Shown here: in pieces, positions 63,406 to 64,000 of the stretch | Position numbering within the stretch: the first letter of the stretch is position 1 | How the letters are laid out: every line of letters starts with the position of its first letter | DNA from: Callorhinchus milii | Lineage: Eukaryota | Assembly (NCBI RefSeq): GCF_018977255.1 | Contig: NW_024704742.1 | Location: forward strand, 63,800,001 to 63,864,000 | DNA length: 64,000 nt | Direction of reading: 5' to 3' | Notes under the pieces: model-generated | Seen by the model: only the letters and a program-made list of their open reading frames with translations | Told to the model about the DNA's origin: nothing | The model's database searches: none | Position numbers and translations under genes: made by a program

Positions 63406-63510
63406 CTTTTTGGGGGGGGTTGGGTTTTTTTTTAAATAAAAGAGCCACAGGCAATCGTTTTAGTGGCCAGGGAGGGAGGGGGGTGTGGAAGGGAGGGAGG
63501 TGGTCTTTAA
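63406..63510 (-). promoter_or_regulatory. Candidate internal core promoter
   Basis: Minus-strand TTTATTTAAA (63431-63440) and G/C-run Sp/KLF-type boxes (gggagggagggggtgtgg, about 63470-63500); AP-1 TGACTCA at 63283-63289. Confidence 0.35.
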
Positions 63511-63664
63511 ATGGTCAAGAGTTAAATATTCTAAAACATTAAATACTCACTTTACAATATATTCTATACTATACATACACACCATACATAACATACAGAA
63601 TATACAACACATTCTGTGAAGGGTAATGCATTATAATTACTGTCTATATATGCTACTTCTACAG

Positions 63665-64000
63665 ATAATAATCCGTGCATTTGATTTAGCGCCTCATCAC
63701 GTCTTTGAGACGTCTCAGAGGGCTTTACAGAATATACAGTAAAGTGAATTGACTATATTTTGTGGGCGAAATGTGACAGCCAATTGCACACAGCAGTGAC
63801 CCACAAACTGTCATGGATTGAAGTGACCAACTTATTATTTTTTTAAGCAATTATTACTCCCGGAAAAGTGATCTGCAAATCAACTAATAATCGGGTTCCT
63901 ACTTACTGCTAAGTAAACAGAGGCGTGTGGAGTAAGGAAACTTGCTCAACATTTTGCCATGCTGGGAATCGACCCAGGTCTCTCGCTTGCGAGGTGAGTG
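63665..64000 (-). mobile_element. SINE family A, long variant, runs off the window edge
   Basis: Tail, body and B box present; head cut at 64000. Confidence 0.88.

Noticed and set aside
3190..64000. Apparent excess of SINEs in the same orientation as PALLD
   Set aside because: My manual count is incomplete and the excess modest; it needs RepeatMasker counts and a statistical test.
1..64000. Prokaryotic-type systems (CRISPR arrays, operons, defence or phage genes) or a second protein-coding gene on the plus strand
   Set aside because: No regularly spaced repeat-spacer array and no long ORFs; plus-strand ORFs are antisense to exons or repeat-derived and show no recognisable domains beyond LINE remnants.

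Overview
Vertebrate genomic DNA. The SacSINE1/Deu-type SINE, CR1 and L2 content suggests a cartilaginous fish, possibly a chimaera (inference). The whole window lies inside the 3' part of the palladin gene (PALLD) on the minus strand. I reconstructed 11 phase-compatible GT-AG coding exons from 33707 down to the TAG stop at 2045; they encode the proline-rich region, the alpha-actinin-binding segment and Ig domains 3-5. Three further PALLD elements are candidates: a 63-nt cassette exon (27344-27406), an alternative terminal acceptor giving a 4-aa C-terminus (1949-1962), and a non-coding first exon/internal promoter (about 63086-63440). Introns are dense with two tRNA-derived SINE families that share a 3' half, an unclassified ~520-bp poly(A)-tailed retroposon family, and 3' fragments of CR1 and L2 LINEs, many of them nested. 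Nearly all other ORFs in the supplied track are spurious. I cannot demonstrate a wholly new biological system. The best leads are a non-repeat long-range RNA duplex between the candidate first exon and its intron, the unclassified retroposon, the composite SINE, a retroelement tail that serves as a constitutive splice acceptor, and a ~70-bp duplication flanking a SINE. Exon coordinates were read base by base; repeat coordinates are approximate. Family names and human-protein comparisons are from recall, not database searches.
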